This document shows, piece by piece, positions 1 to 12,972 of a stretch of DNA of 64,000 nt. The notes under the pieces were generated by a model, which searched no databases, was not told the origin of the DNA, and saw nothing but the letters and a program-made list of their open reading frames with translations. A program made the translations under genes and the position numbers. The stretch lies in contig NC_043014.1 of the NCBI RefSeq assembly GCF_006345805.1, positions 22,258,001 to 22,322,000 of the forward strand, read 5' to 3'. Numbering within the stretch: the first letter of the stretch is position 1; every line of letters begins with the position of its first letter. Origin of the DNA: Octopus sinensis (taxonomy: Eukaryota).

Positions 1-1
1 T

Positions 2-37
<36 letters not shown>

Positions 38-47
38 TACACACACA

Positions 48-247
48 CAGTAATCCCTTGCCAAATCGTGGTTTATTGTTTAAACTTACATCAATTGCTC
101 TGTGGTGTTGTTTTGCATTTATATTAAAATAATATAAAAAATATACAGTACAACACTGTTTCTACTTCATGTCAAGTGGTGATGAGGGACAGACACAAAG
201 AGAAAGAGAGAGAGAGACACACACATATACACACACACACACACACA
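48..247. repeat. ~200-bp direct duplication, copy 1 (copy 2 at 1107-1306, offset 1059)
   Basis: cagtaatcccttgccaaatcgtgg...gagggacagacacaaagagaaag occurs near-identically at both positions. Confidence 0.9.
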
Positions 248-279
248 ACACACACATTATATATACATACATATACATG

Positions 280-562
280 TTTTAGTTATTAGATGAGACC
301 GTGTTGCGGTATCACCATGAAGAATTTTTGGTTGAATTGAATTGACACCAGTACTTTCTTTTTAAAGCCTTGTATGTGTGTGTGTGTGTGTGTAAATACA
401 CACACACACACACAATGGACTTCTGGTTTCTGTCTACCAAGTCCACTCACAAGGCTTTGGTCAGACTGAGGCTATAGTAGAAAACACTTGCTCAAGATAC
501 CACATAGTGGGCCTGAACCTGGAACCATGTTGTTGGGAAGCTAGCTTATCACACAGCTATGT
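280..562 (-). mobile_element. tRNA-derived SINE, family B (Octopus-type), degraded
   Basis: ccactcacaaggctttgg...gctatagtagaaaacacttgctcaag...gaacctggaaccatg is the reverse complement of the family B body at 16923-17255. Confidence 0.75.
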
Positions 563-1308
563 TGTTTATATTATATATTATATATGTATGTATATTATTA
601 ATTGGTTACAGTAATCAAAGGACATGAGTTCATGCATTCACACTTATCTAAGTGCTAATGCATGAATAATATAATTTATTCTTTTATTCACCACAAGGGT
701 TAATATATACATAGAAAGGGGTGAAAAATTATCCAGCTACTTGGGCTAATACAAACGAGCCAGATAGGTGTAAAAAACTAACTGGCATCTCTTGTCAAGA
801 GTACAGGCGACAGTCAATCGCTAATGTTTGTTGTGCACTCCTCTGTTGTTATTTGAATGCTATTATTCTGTGCATCTGTGTGTAAAGATCAGTTGTGTTT
901 TGCAGGGAAAGACATATAGTGCTAGATATAAAAAAACAAGCCATTTGGGGCTAGAAATAAAGCGGAAAAATGTGAAATTCTTCAAGTAGACATGTGCCAT
1001 GTGAACTCTGATCTGTGATGAGCCCAAGAGACACTGATGACCTAGAGTTGCCTCTGATATATTATATATATATATATACACACACCACACACACAATACA
1101 CACACACAGTAATCCCTTGCCAAATCGTGGTTTATTGTTTAAACTTACATCAATTGCTCTGTGGTGTTGTTTTGCATTTATATTAAAATAATATAAAAAT
1201 ATATACAGTACAACACTGTTTCTACTTCATGTCAAGTGGTGATGAGGGACAGACACAAAGAGAAAGAGAGAGAGAGACACACACATATACACACACACAC
1301 ACACACAC

Positions 1309-1340
<32 letters not shown>

Positions 1341-1344
1341 CACA

Positions 1345-1495
1345 ATGTGCTTCTTTCAATTTCCATCTACCAAATCCACTCACAAGGCTTTGGTTGGCCC
1401 AAGGCTATAGAAGCAGACACTTGTGCAGGGTACCATGCAATCGGACTGAACCTGGAACTATGTGATTGGGAAGTAAGCTTCTTGCCTCTCAGCTG
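1345..1495 (-). mobile_element. SINE family B, 5' half
   Basis: ccatctaccaaatccactcacaaggctttggttggcccaaggctatagaagcagacacttg...ggactgaacctggaac. Confidence 0.75.
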
Positions 1496-1863
1496 TTGTG
1501 TACACATGCACACACACACAGAAGGTGAAAGACTGAGGTAATTGATACATAAGCATTGAAAAATAATTCATGGTAATTAGAAGCTCAGTCAATAACACAT
1601 CATTAAACACCATGTTGTTATATTACAGTATATACAAGTGGGCCTCACTTACATGCATATATGCTATCAGCCAGGATGATCTTTATTTAGAATACAACTA
1701 GAAAAACTAAATTTCATATATAGTTCTTATTTTATTAAAATATGAACTACTATATGAAATTTAGCTTTTCTTGTTTTTATACATATGAAATTCATGCTTT
1801 TTATCTTTTTTGTAAAGATTTCCATCCATCCCTCCATCCATCCATCTATCTATCTATCTATGT

Positions 1864-1905
<42 letters not shown>

Positions 1906-2363
1906 TGATACATATATGTATATATACAATATATATATATGTATATACGATATATATATATTGTTAAAATGTCTTGTTGACGACTTTCATTTCTTCACTT
2001 CCCTAAAGAGGTTACATTGTTTTACGCCATTTTATTCCTTTGGAATGATATCAGTGATATCTTCGAAACATGTGTCGGAAGTACAAGAATTTGAATAACA
2101 CCTGCGTTTAACTCCATTTATTTATTTATTTATTTATATATATTATACTAAAAGTTACAACCTTTTTACTTGTGCGATTTTTTGCTACCCTGGTAACTAT
2201 TTATCTATTTTTTCCATGTTAATTGTTAACAAGGGAAAAATAACACATCTATTTATATATACAAAATATATATCTATATATGTATATGTATACGATATAT
2301 ATATGTATATGTGTGTATATATATGTATATGTGTGTGTATTCTATGTATATATAAATAATATA

Positions 2364-2396
<33 letters not shown>

Positions 2397-2401
2397 CATA
2401 T

Positions 2402-2559
2402 ATTTTTTTCTCTCCTTGTTTTTCTCTGTGTCCTTTCTGTAGACGAGCGTAGGCTCAAAACATAAAAGACTTTTTCAATTCCTGAGTGTTATACTAATAC
2501 ATCTGTTTGTTTTCTGCACCACCTGTGTTTGTCTTTTGTTTTTTTCGTGAACTCTCCCT
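2402..2559 (+). mobile_element. Short repeat resembling a Penelope-like element terminus, with hammerhead-like motif (2430-2470)
   Basis: Homologous to 39800-39987; gtccttt-CTGTAGA-c-gagc gtag gctc-aaaac ata-aaagac. PLE assignment is inferred from the motif. Confidence 0.55.
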
Positions 2560-2598
2560 ATATATATATATATATATATATACACACGTATATTTATA

Positions 2599-3358
2599 TC
2601 TATATATATAAAACTGTAGTTGTGTGAGTGTCTGTCCCCTTCGATTTAGATTCCTAACTACTCCCACATTTTGCGGTGCAGTTTAACCAAATTCGGGTAT
2701 CTTATAGTCGTGATTCATATCGAGCCCGTCTGAGTATTAGCGTGCGTCTACGATGAGTCTACGATTTTAAAAATAATTTAACATCATTTTTTATTCCATT
2801 TTAATGCATAATTTTTCGTGTGTCGATGGCGGCGGAGTTGGCGTCCACGCTCACAGCTGCACCTGTTTGCTTCTCCCTCGTGAGGCTGTGGGGAAGGGAG
2901 TGTAAGGAAATCAACGTCGTAAAGCATTGTCAAGGAGACCAGCGTTCTTTTAGAACAATGACTTCATGGCTTGAAGACACCAAAACAGAAATGGCTAAGA
3001 AAGCGTCTACATGAGTCTACGATTTAAAAAAAAATTTACCATCATTTTTTTCCATTTTAATGCATTTTTTCGCTATTATATAAGGGAAGTAACTCTCTAA
3101 AAATGTCTACAATGAGTCAACGATTTAAAAAAAAAATTACCATCATTTTTTATTCCATTTTTAATGCATTTTTTTCTATTTTTTTGCTATAACTCTCTAA
3201 AAATGTCTACAATGAGTCAACGATTTAAAAAAAAAATTACCATCATTTTTTATTCCATTTTTAATGCATTTTTTTCTATTTTTTTGCTATAACTCTCTAA
3301 AAATGCTTATAGAGTTATTTCCCTTACAAACCCGAGCAACGCCGGGCGATACTGCTAG
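2599..3358 (+). mobile_element. Non-autonomous Helitron
   Basis: Starts A|TC (2599) and ends CTAG|T (3355-3358); subterminal hairpin cccgagcaacgccggg (3331-3346); no TSD; flanked by (TA)n. Confidence 0.8.
3091..3305. repeat. 100-bp tandem repeat inside the Helitron
   Basis: aactctctaaaaatg recurs at 3091, 3191 and 3291; related units at ~2745 and ~3002. Confidence 0.9.
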
Positions 3359-3561
3359 TATATATATATATATATATATATATAATGCTTAATCATATGA
3401 AAAGGGAAATGGAATTTAATTAAATTTAAATTATTCAATCAAAATTTACATTTCCAGTGGTCTAACGTGCATATATATTAATTATACGATAGTGTATATT
3501 TATATACACATACGGAATCTACACTTAGGATGAAGATTCAGCACATTAGAGAGCCACAAAA

Positions 3562-4154
3562 ATCCTTCCCGTCTTCAACTTATGATACACAGGGACTCGA
3601 GTTTCAGGGTTTCAGGATGGCTTCCCTTTGCAAATACTGATAGGGCACAGAAAGTGTGTCTATAGCCAGTTGGAGGAGGTGTCCTCCTGGGGCTACAAAC
3701 TACAGTAGCATCCACCCTTAGGGGTTAGCCATATTCAAATGGCAAATATACGTCACAATGTGTTGCTGCTACTGTTTATAACTCGCTCTGAGATTTATCA
3801 TTGTTTGATTTTACTTTTTCAATATCAGTGTCAATCGATACTGGAAAAAGTACATGTATTTGTGAAGGGAACCTACTTCTCATCGACAACTATGATTGTC
3901 ACACGCCGATGACGGGTCAATACCCTGAAACTCGAGTCCGTGTGTATCATAAGTTGAAGATGGGAAGGATGGCTTCCCTTTGCAAATACTGATAGGGCAC
4001 AGAAAGTGTGTCTATAGCCAGCTGGAGGAGGTCTCCTCCTGGGGCTACAAACTACAGTAGCATCCACCCTTAGGGGTTAGCCATATTCAAATGGCAAATA
4101 TACGTCACGATGTGTTGCTGCTACTGTTTATAACTCGCTCTGAGATTTATCATT
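3562..4154 (+). mobile_element. Penelope-like pseudo-LTR structure: inverted 5' piece plus 189-bp direct repeats
   Basis: 3614-3802 matches 3966-4154 (direct); 3562-3610 is the reverse complement of 3922-3970; contains a hammerhead fold. Confidence 0.65.
3887..3956 (+). ncRNA. Type I hammerhead ribozyme fold (PLE-type, palindromic stem III)
   Basis: Stem I cacacg/cgtgtg extended by tatgat/atcata and caac/gttg; core CCGATGA 3906-3912; stem II ggg-tcaata-ccc; GAAA 3927-3930; ACTCGAGT palindrome; GTC cleavage triplet 3936-3938. Confidence 0.7.
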
Positions 4155-4318
4155 ATATATATATATATATAATATTATATGTATATATATATGTATATAT
4201 ATATATAGATATATATATATATATATATAATATTATATGTATATATATATGTATATATATATATATATATAGATATATATATATATATATTATATTATAT
4301 GTATATATATATGTATGT

Positions 4319-4350
<32 letters not shown>

Positions 4351-4729
4351 TATATATATGTTATGTATATAATATATATATTATATATTATATTATATGT
4401 ATATATATATATATGTATATATATATGTATATATATAATATATGTATGTATATATATATATATGTATATATATATTATATGTATGTATATATATATGTAT
4501 ATATATATATATATGTATATATATATAGTATATATATATATATATGTATGTATATATATATAATGTATATATATATATATATGTATGTATATATATATGT
4601 ATGTATATATATATGTATGTATATATGTATGTATAATATATATATGTATATATATGATATATATATATGTATATATATAGATGTATATATATATGTTATA
4701 TATGTATATATATATGTATATATGTATAC

Positions 4730-4761
<32 letters not shown>

Positions 4762-4841
4762 GTATACATATATATATATATGTATACATATATATATGTA
4801 TGTATATATATGTATTATATGTATGTATAATATATATGTAT

Positions 4842-4878
<37 letters not shown>

Positions 4879-5009
4879 GTATATTATATATGTATATATA
4901 TTGTATATATGTATGTATATATATATGTATATATATATGTATATATATATATATGTATATATATAGTTATATATATATGTCTATATATATGTATATGTAT
5001 ATATATATG

Positions 5010-5042
<33 letters not shown>

Positions 5043-5901
5043 GTATATATATATATGTATATATATATGTATATATATATGTATATATATATATGTATAT
5101 ATATATATGTATATATATATATGTATATATATATGTATATATATATATGTATATATATATAGTATATATATATATGTATATATATATGTATATATATATA
5201 TGTTATATATATATATATGTATATATATGTATATGTTATATATATGTATATATATGTATATGTATATATGGTATATGTATATATATATATATGTATATAT
5301 ATGTATTATATATGATATATATGTAATATATATGTATATATATGTATATGTATATATATGTGTATATATATGTATATATATATGTATGTATATGTATATA
5401 TATATGTATATATATATATGTATATATATGTATATATAGTATATGTATATATATGTATATATATATATGTATAATATGTATGTATATATATGTATATGTA
5501 TATAATATGTATATATATATATGTATATATATGTATGTATATATATGTATATATGTATGTATATATATATATGTATATATATGTATGTATATATATGTAT
5601 ATATGTATGTATATATATTATGTATATATATGTATAATGTATGTATATATGTATATAATATGTATATATATATTGTATATATATATGTGGTATATATATA
5701 TGTGTATATATATGTATATATATGTATATATATATGTATATATATATATATGTATATATCTATATATATATGTATATATATATGTATATATATGTATATA
5801 TGTATATATATGTATATATGTATATATGTATATATGTATACATATATATGTATATATGTATATATATGTATATATGTATACATATATATGTATATGTATA
5901 C

Positions 5902-5933
<32 letters not shown>

Positions 5934-5956
5934 GTATACATATATATATATAGTAT

Positions 5957-6050
<94 letters not shown>

Positions 6051-6183
6051 GTATTATATATGTATATATATGTATATATGTATGTATATATATATGTATA
6101 TATATATGTATATATATATATATGTATATATATATGTATATATATATATGTATATATATATGTATGTATGTATAATATATATG

Positions 6184-6216
<33 letters not shown>

Positions 6217-6603
6217 GTATATATATATGTATATATATATGTATATATATATATGTATATATATATGTAATATATATATGTATATATATATATGTATATA
6301 TATATATGTATATATATATATGTATATATATATATGTATATATATAATGTATATATATATGTATATATATATGTATTATATATATATGTATATATATGTA
6401 TATGTATATATATATGATATATATGTATATGTATATATATGTATATGTATATATATATAATGTATATATATGTATATATATATGTTATATATATGTATAT
6501 ATATATGTATATAATGTATATGTATATATATATGTGTATATATATGTATATATATATGTATGTATATGTATATATATGTATATATATATATGTATATATA
6601 TGT

Positions 6604-6634
<31 letters not shown>

Positions 6635-6768
6635 ATATAATGTATATATATGTATGTATATATGTATATGTATATATATGTATATATATATATGTATATA
6701 TATGTATGTATATATATGTATATATGTATGTATATATATATATGTATATATATGTATGTATATATATG

Positions 6769-6803
<35 letters not shown>

Positions 6804-6912
6804 GTATATATGTATGTATATATATGTATATATATATGTATATATATATGTATATATATATGTGTATATATATATGTGTATATATATGTATATATATGTA
6901 TATATATATATG

Positions 6913-6959
<47 letters not shown>

Positions 6960-6974
6960 GTATATATATATCTG

Positions 6975-7039
<65 letters not shown>

Positions 7040-7068
7040 GTATATATATATATATATGTATATATATG

Positions 7069-7102
<34 letters not shown>

Positions 7103-7280
7103 CATGTATATATATATATATATGTATATATATGTATGTATATATGTATGTATATATATGTATGTATAGATATGTATGTATATAATGTATGTATATATAT
7201 ATGTATATATATGTATTATATATGTATGTATATATATATGTATATATGTATGTATATATTATGTATGTATATATATATAG

Positions 7281-7319
<39 letters not shown>

Positions 7320-7558
7320 TATTATATATGTATATATATTATGTATATATGTATATATATGTATATATATAATGTATATATGTATATATAATATGTATAT
7401 ATGTATATATATGTATATATGTATATATGTGTATATATATGTATATATGTGTATATATATATGTATATATGTGTATATATATATATATGTTATATGTATA
7501 TATATATATATATGTATATATGTATATGTTATATATATGTATATATATGTGTATATAT

Positions 7559-7596
<38 letters not shown>

Positions 7597-8043
7597 ATAT
7601 ATATATGTATATATGTATATATATATATGTATATATGTATATATATATATATGTTATATATGTATATATATATTAATGTATATATGTATATATATATATA
7701 TGTATATATTATATATATATGTATATATGTATATATATATATGTATATTATGTATATATATATATGTTATATATGTATGTATATGTATATATTATATATG
7801 TATATGTATATATGTATATGTGTATATATATGTTGTATATGTATAGTGTATATGTATAGTATATATGTATATGTGTATATGTATATTGTATATATGTATA
7901 TGTGTATATGTATATATGTATATGTGATATGTATATATATATGTATATATATATATGTATATATGTACATACATATGTAGGTATGTATATATGCATATTT
8001 TTATATATTATCTATATCTATCTATCAATCTCTCTCTCTCTCC

Positions 8044-8102
<59 letters not shown>

Positions 8103-8115
8103 TATGTAATATATA
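4154..8115. repeat. ~4-kb imperfect (TA)n/(TATG)n/(TATATG)n microsatellite array
   Basis: Almost purely alternating purine-pyrimidine; G on the + strand with very little C. Confidence 0.97.
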
Positions 8116-8207
8116 TATATATATACATACATATATGCACACACACATATGCATATATGGGTGCAAGACATCACAAACTATAAACAACACGAAATACTAT
8201 ATATATA

Positions 8208-8529
8208 CAGTGTGGAAGATATTTGTTAGCCATTCAAGAACACAAAAACTGTTAGTTTCACTTCAACATTTAAGTTTCAAAATCGCTTTGAAACCATAAC
8301 CTGTTCACTGATAAGACTTGGTGCTGCATCATAGAGAACAGTTAGTTCATGATATATATGTGTTTATGTATGTATGTATTTATATGTGTTTGTGCATGTT
8401 CACACATACATACATTCATACATACACACATATATATCATGAACTAACAGTTACCCTCTCTTAGATGCAGCACCAAAAACTAATGGTTTTTGTGTGTTCT
8501 TGAATGGCTTACAAATATCTTCCACGCTG
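8208..8529. mobile_element. Foldback MITE, Tc1/mariner-like terminus
   Basis: ta|cagtgtggaagatatttgttagccattcaagaacac is inverted at 8475-8529; inner arms ttggtgctgcatc...gttagttcatgatatata are inverted at 8430-8477. Confidence 0.7.
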
Positions 8530-9209
8530 CAATTGTTTTTGTTTCAGCATATGATCTCAGATCCAGTCACTTACATTTCCGTAATATATATATATATCCT
8601 GGCTTCCCAGACCCTGGTCAAACCGTCCAACCCATGCTTGCATGGAAAACGGACGTTAAACAATGATGATGATGATATATATACACACACACATCTGTAT
8701 GTTCATATATATAATTGATAGAACTTACAATGTATGGTCTAAAAAAGCTATTGGTATGCTCCTTACAAGAAGCAGTATGCTTTATTCAACCTATTAGTTT
8801 CCCAAAACTGATTGGGAATTAACGCAATAGAAGATCCTCCAGCAAAACTGTTGGGAAAATCTATGTTAGTAATGCAAGCCATATGTTTTAAATGTCTTGT
8901 GAAGAAAGGCTAACATGTAAAAATGTATATTCCAAGAGAAATGAAAGTTTTTATGAGATGTAGTACAAAGGTTTCAAATTGCTTTATTAAAAGACACCAA
9001 TGAATCCCATCTAAAATGAACAATATCATGAAAAGGTGATACTAGATAGTGAAACCACAGCTACAGAGGATGTAAAAGTAAACTCTAAAGTTTCCTACAT
9101 ATTTGTTTGAAAATCAGCCATAGTGCATTACTAAATGGGCCCTTGTTCTAAAGATATAACTCATCAAAAACAGGTGGTCCCCCTCTAAAATAAGAGAAAA
9201 TATTGAATG

Positions 9210-9700
9210 AGCTGTTTGAAAGTGTTTTCATTTCCCTGTTGGGATACCTGGATATAAACAATGAGGTTTTTTATACCACAGCTTTACATAGGGATATAGT
9301 GGTCATAGATTACATTTTTGATATGGTTCACCATGGAATGGTCTGTTGCAAACTGTATAATTCTGGCACAGTTAGGAAATTAGGAGAGTGGCTCCATGGC
9401 TTTTTAGAAGATAGAAGTCAAGAAGTTGCCGGTAGCAGTGCTCGCTCAAAGAAAATATTGATTTTGAATGAAGTCCCATAGAGAACTGTCATAGGGCTAT
9501 TACCTTTGGTAGGATGCCTTCTAAAACATATTGTCAGCCATTCTCACTGTCTATACTAATAATAGAAAAGTATCTTGGCAATAAAAGAACCCTGGTGATG
9601 CTGCAAGTCACCAACAAGACCTTAATTTGATACTATCTACAAGTGGGCTGAAGAAAATATATATGCAATTTAATGTTGGAAAATTTCAAGCTTGTTTGCT
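9210..9700 (+). mobile_element. Degraded CR1/L2-group LINE RT fragment
   Basis: HGMVCCKLYNSGTVRKLGEWLHGFLEDRSQ aligns by eye with HGMICHKLRDLGIVGKLGEWLHDFLKDRSQ at 56488-56856. Confidence 0.75.
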
Positions 9701-9894
9701 ATCGACCCACAAATATACCACAACCAAAATGCACAGCACTTTCAAGGATTGCAGTCCCTGAATCACAGTTGATGCATGGCTTGCAGAGTATCTTTTTCTG
9801 TGTACATTATCATGATGGTTCTGGTGTACTAAAAACTGGCAGGGTGTATTCTTCTGAGACTACTCAGTAAATGCATAACATACATGTATGCAGC

Positions 9895-10340
9895 CAGATA
9901 TTCATATGTATATGGTTGTGTGTTTAAAAAGTTTGCTTTCCAACCATATCGTTTTGAGTTCAATTCCATTATATGACACAATGAGCCATTGTCTTCTATT
10001 ACAGCCCTCAACCAACCAAAGCCTTGTCAGTGAATTTGGTAGATGGAAATTTTGAGAAACTCATTGTGTATATATATTTATGTGTGTGTGTGTGTGTACA
10101 CCTGTATATTTGTGTCTCCTTGTCTTGATATAGTGTGATGATTGTAAATAAGTATCATACAATCGGTGTCATTCATTTCCAGTATTCTTCAAAAATGTTT
10201 GGTGAAGGGGAAATATGAAACTTGTTTGAAAGCAGGTAACAGCTGAGGAAGAGTATGTGGCCATACTGACAGGAAGAGTATGTGGCCATAGAAAATCTTG
10301 CTCAGTAAACCCTATTCAACTTATATTCAAGTATGAAAAA
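9895..10340 (+). mobile_element. Composite SINE: family B-like head with RTE-like tail
   Basis: ggttgtgtgtttaaaaagtttgctttccaaccat...gagttcaattcc head; ends aagtggatgttaaaacaatgac; 20-bp internal duplication aggaagagtatgtggccata. Confidence 0.55.
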
Positions 10341-12810
10341 GTGGATGTTAAAACAATGACGGTCTGTGTGTGTGTGTATGCATATAAATATGTGTATAAC
10401 TATAGGTATATTTGAATAGGTGCAAATATGGCTATGTGGTTAAGAAGTCCAATTTGAAACAACATAGTTTTGGGTTCAGTCCCATTGTTTGGACACTCAA
10501 CTGTTCTTTTCTGTATGTGTGTATATGTATATATGTGTGTGTGTATATACATATATATATGTGTTTGTGGGAGTATGTATGTGTATCTATCTATCTGTCT
10601 GTCTGTCTGTCTGTCTATCTCAATACTATTTAGTGCCACTGGTAGGATTGGTGCTGTTAGAAGACCAGAAGTTGCTGAAATAAGATGTTTCAGTTGGCAG
10701 CTGAGTGGAATGTCTCACAATGCAAGCTATATATATCCACTAATATATGTGTTTTTATGTATATTTGTGTTTCATGCTTAGATTGGATAGCTGTGTGTCT
10801 TTTTACCATGATTGATATTGTTTAAACCATTGGTTTTTTTCCCCATTCAAGTAAGGATTGCTCATATGGTTAGCCTGGCAGACTGAAGCAAATAAAAATT
10901 TTGCAATTCACTTAGAAATTTAAATATAATCATTGTGTAAAAGCATTAAACAACATTGCGTAGAAGCATGCAACATCTGTAGATAATAAATTAAAACAAT
11001 ACAGTCCAAGAAAACTAATGATGATCTACGTCAGCAAATACTTTTAGGGAAGTTCACAAAGTGGAATAAAATATTTTACTGTGAGGAAGAGTTGACTTCT
11101 AACATTTCAAGCAATCCTTCGTTCACAATCCTGTTTCTGCTCAAAACAGACCTTTGCGAACTTTCTTAAACTATTTGCTGAACAGTATAAAAGTCTAAAA
11201 CCCAATCAAATATGACACCATTGGCCATATTCAGGATAAACAGTATTTAGTTAACTGTCTTATCATACTGGGATCGGTGGGAATTAGTAAGATGGTGGTT
11301 GTTTTAGTGCTAGTGAAAGGAAATTAAAATGACAAGTAAAAAAAAAAAGCCATTTTCATTTAAATACTATAATTGATAAAGCAATTTATATTTTTAAGTC
11401 GCTTTTTAACTGACAATACTCGACTTGTACACAGTGATAACACAATTTCTATAGTGGCGTTACACGTATGTGGGATGAAATCACAATTCATTATCTTAAA
11501 ATTTGATAAATGAAATTCTTTGGACAAAAAAATTAAGCCCCACCCCCTTTTTTTTTCCTGTGATGCTAGTGGTTGTTGTTAAGGTTGCTAGTGGTATTTA
11601 TTAATGTGTAGAAATGTAGTTGTGATAATTGCTGTTATCGATGTGACAGACATAAAGCTGTAAAATGAATGTTTGTCTTGGCAGTTGCATTGCTGGTAGA
11701 ACTGCGTTAGTAGTAGGTGTGGTGTTAGTTATAGCATTCGTGATTGTCGTAGTAATTACAGAGAACTTAGTTGTAGCAGCCGCATAATAGTATAATGGTG
11801 GTGGGTGGGATTACTGCACCCAACTTATTAAACTTTATATAACTATATCTGTGTGAGTGTGTGTGTACCTGTTTTCCTACAAATACATAAGTGGGTGTGT
11901 AGGATGTGTTTACATGTGTAATTGTGTGTGAGAAAAGGGATACATTCAACACGGACCTATTCTTCTCCACCAACTTACGTTACAAATCGTGTGGCAAAGA
12001 GAGAGGGGGTGTCTATATATCAATGTGTGTTGACAAACAGCCGCTCAGTTGTATCGTCGTGACTCAGCGCTGTTGCTATTATTTTTGTTGTATAATAGTG
12101 GTGATTGCCAAGCCCTCTAAGGTGATTGTCACATTAGATTGAGCCTACCACCTTCACTACCATTATCATGAACAAGTTTCAACAACCAGTACTGTACTCA
12201 ATACTGTCACATCATAGAAGGTCACACCGCCAACTAACACAACTCCGCCAGAACTACAGTATCACCATTACTATTACTACTACCGAAACACACCCACCAA
12301 AACTACCCTATCATTATTACTTCAACCAATATACTGCTACTATAACCTACACACCACTGCTAAGAGCTATATTATCATAATCGCCACTGCAACAACACAA
12401 CACTACTACTACAACCACAACACTATTCTAAGAACATTGTCCCTTCTACTCAGTGCAGGTACTTCTTACAACACACTGCCACTGTACAATCTTATGAACA
12501 CTATTCTTGTTTTATGGTCTATAAACAAAAAGTATATTTTCATGATTGACTGAGGTAGCTTTTAAGCAATCACTCAGCCTGCTATAAATAGCAGCTGTAT
12601 ACTCCATAAATTCCATCCTTTGTTGGAAAAACCCCCCAAAAGAACTAGGGAATCACTATTCAAAAAAAAAAAAGAAAAAAGAAGAAAAAAACAGGCAGTC
12701 TTACCTCAAATCTGCTTGATCAGAGCTAATTTGAAGCTAAACAACAACAAAAGCATCATAATCAATAGACCCATTATCTTGTAACACTCCATTGAGATAT
12801 TTGTCATTAA

Positions 12811-12972
12811 TAATTCTTCCTACTACAGTGCTCAGTTGACACTTATTTTATTGTCCCCAAAGGGACGAAAGGCAAATTTGACCTTGGCATTTGAACTCAG
12901 AACATGATGATGGGCAAAATGCTTTGCAGCATTTTGCCTGGCATGGTAATGATTTTGCCAGCTCACTGCCTT
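12811..12972 (-). mobile_element. tRNA-derived SINE, family A
   Basis: gacgaaaggcaaatttgaccttggcatttgaactcagaac...gattttgccagctcac is the reverse complement of the family A head. Confidence 0.75.

Noticed and set aside
3091-4154. CRISPR-like repeat/spacer arrangement
   Set aside because: Repeats are 100-189 bp tandem or direct duplications in eukaryotic TE context, with no short repeats separated by unique spacers and no cas genes.
4091-8299. Dozens of long ORFs rich in Y/I/M/C/V
   Set aside because: These are translations of (TA)n/(TATG)n repeats, which lack stops in some frames. The same applies at 55-58 kb and other microsatellites.
11540-12480. (GTT/GTA)-rich block facing an (ACT/CAA)-rich block as a long inverted repeat or Thr-rich exon
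   Set aside because: Only compositional complementarity; no alignable arms and frequent stops.
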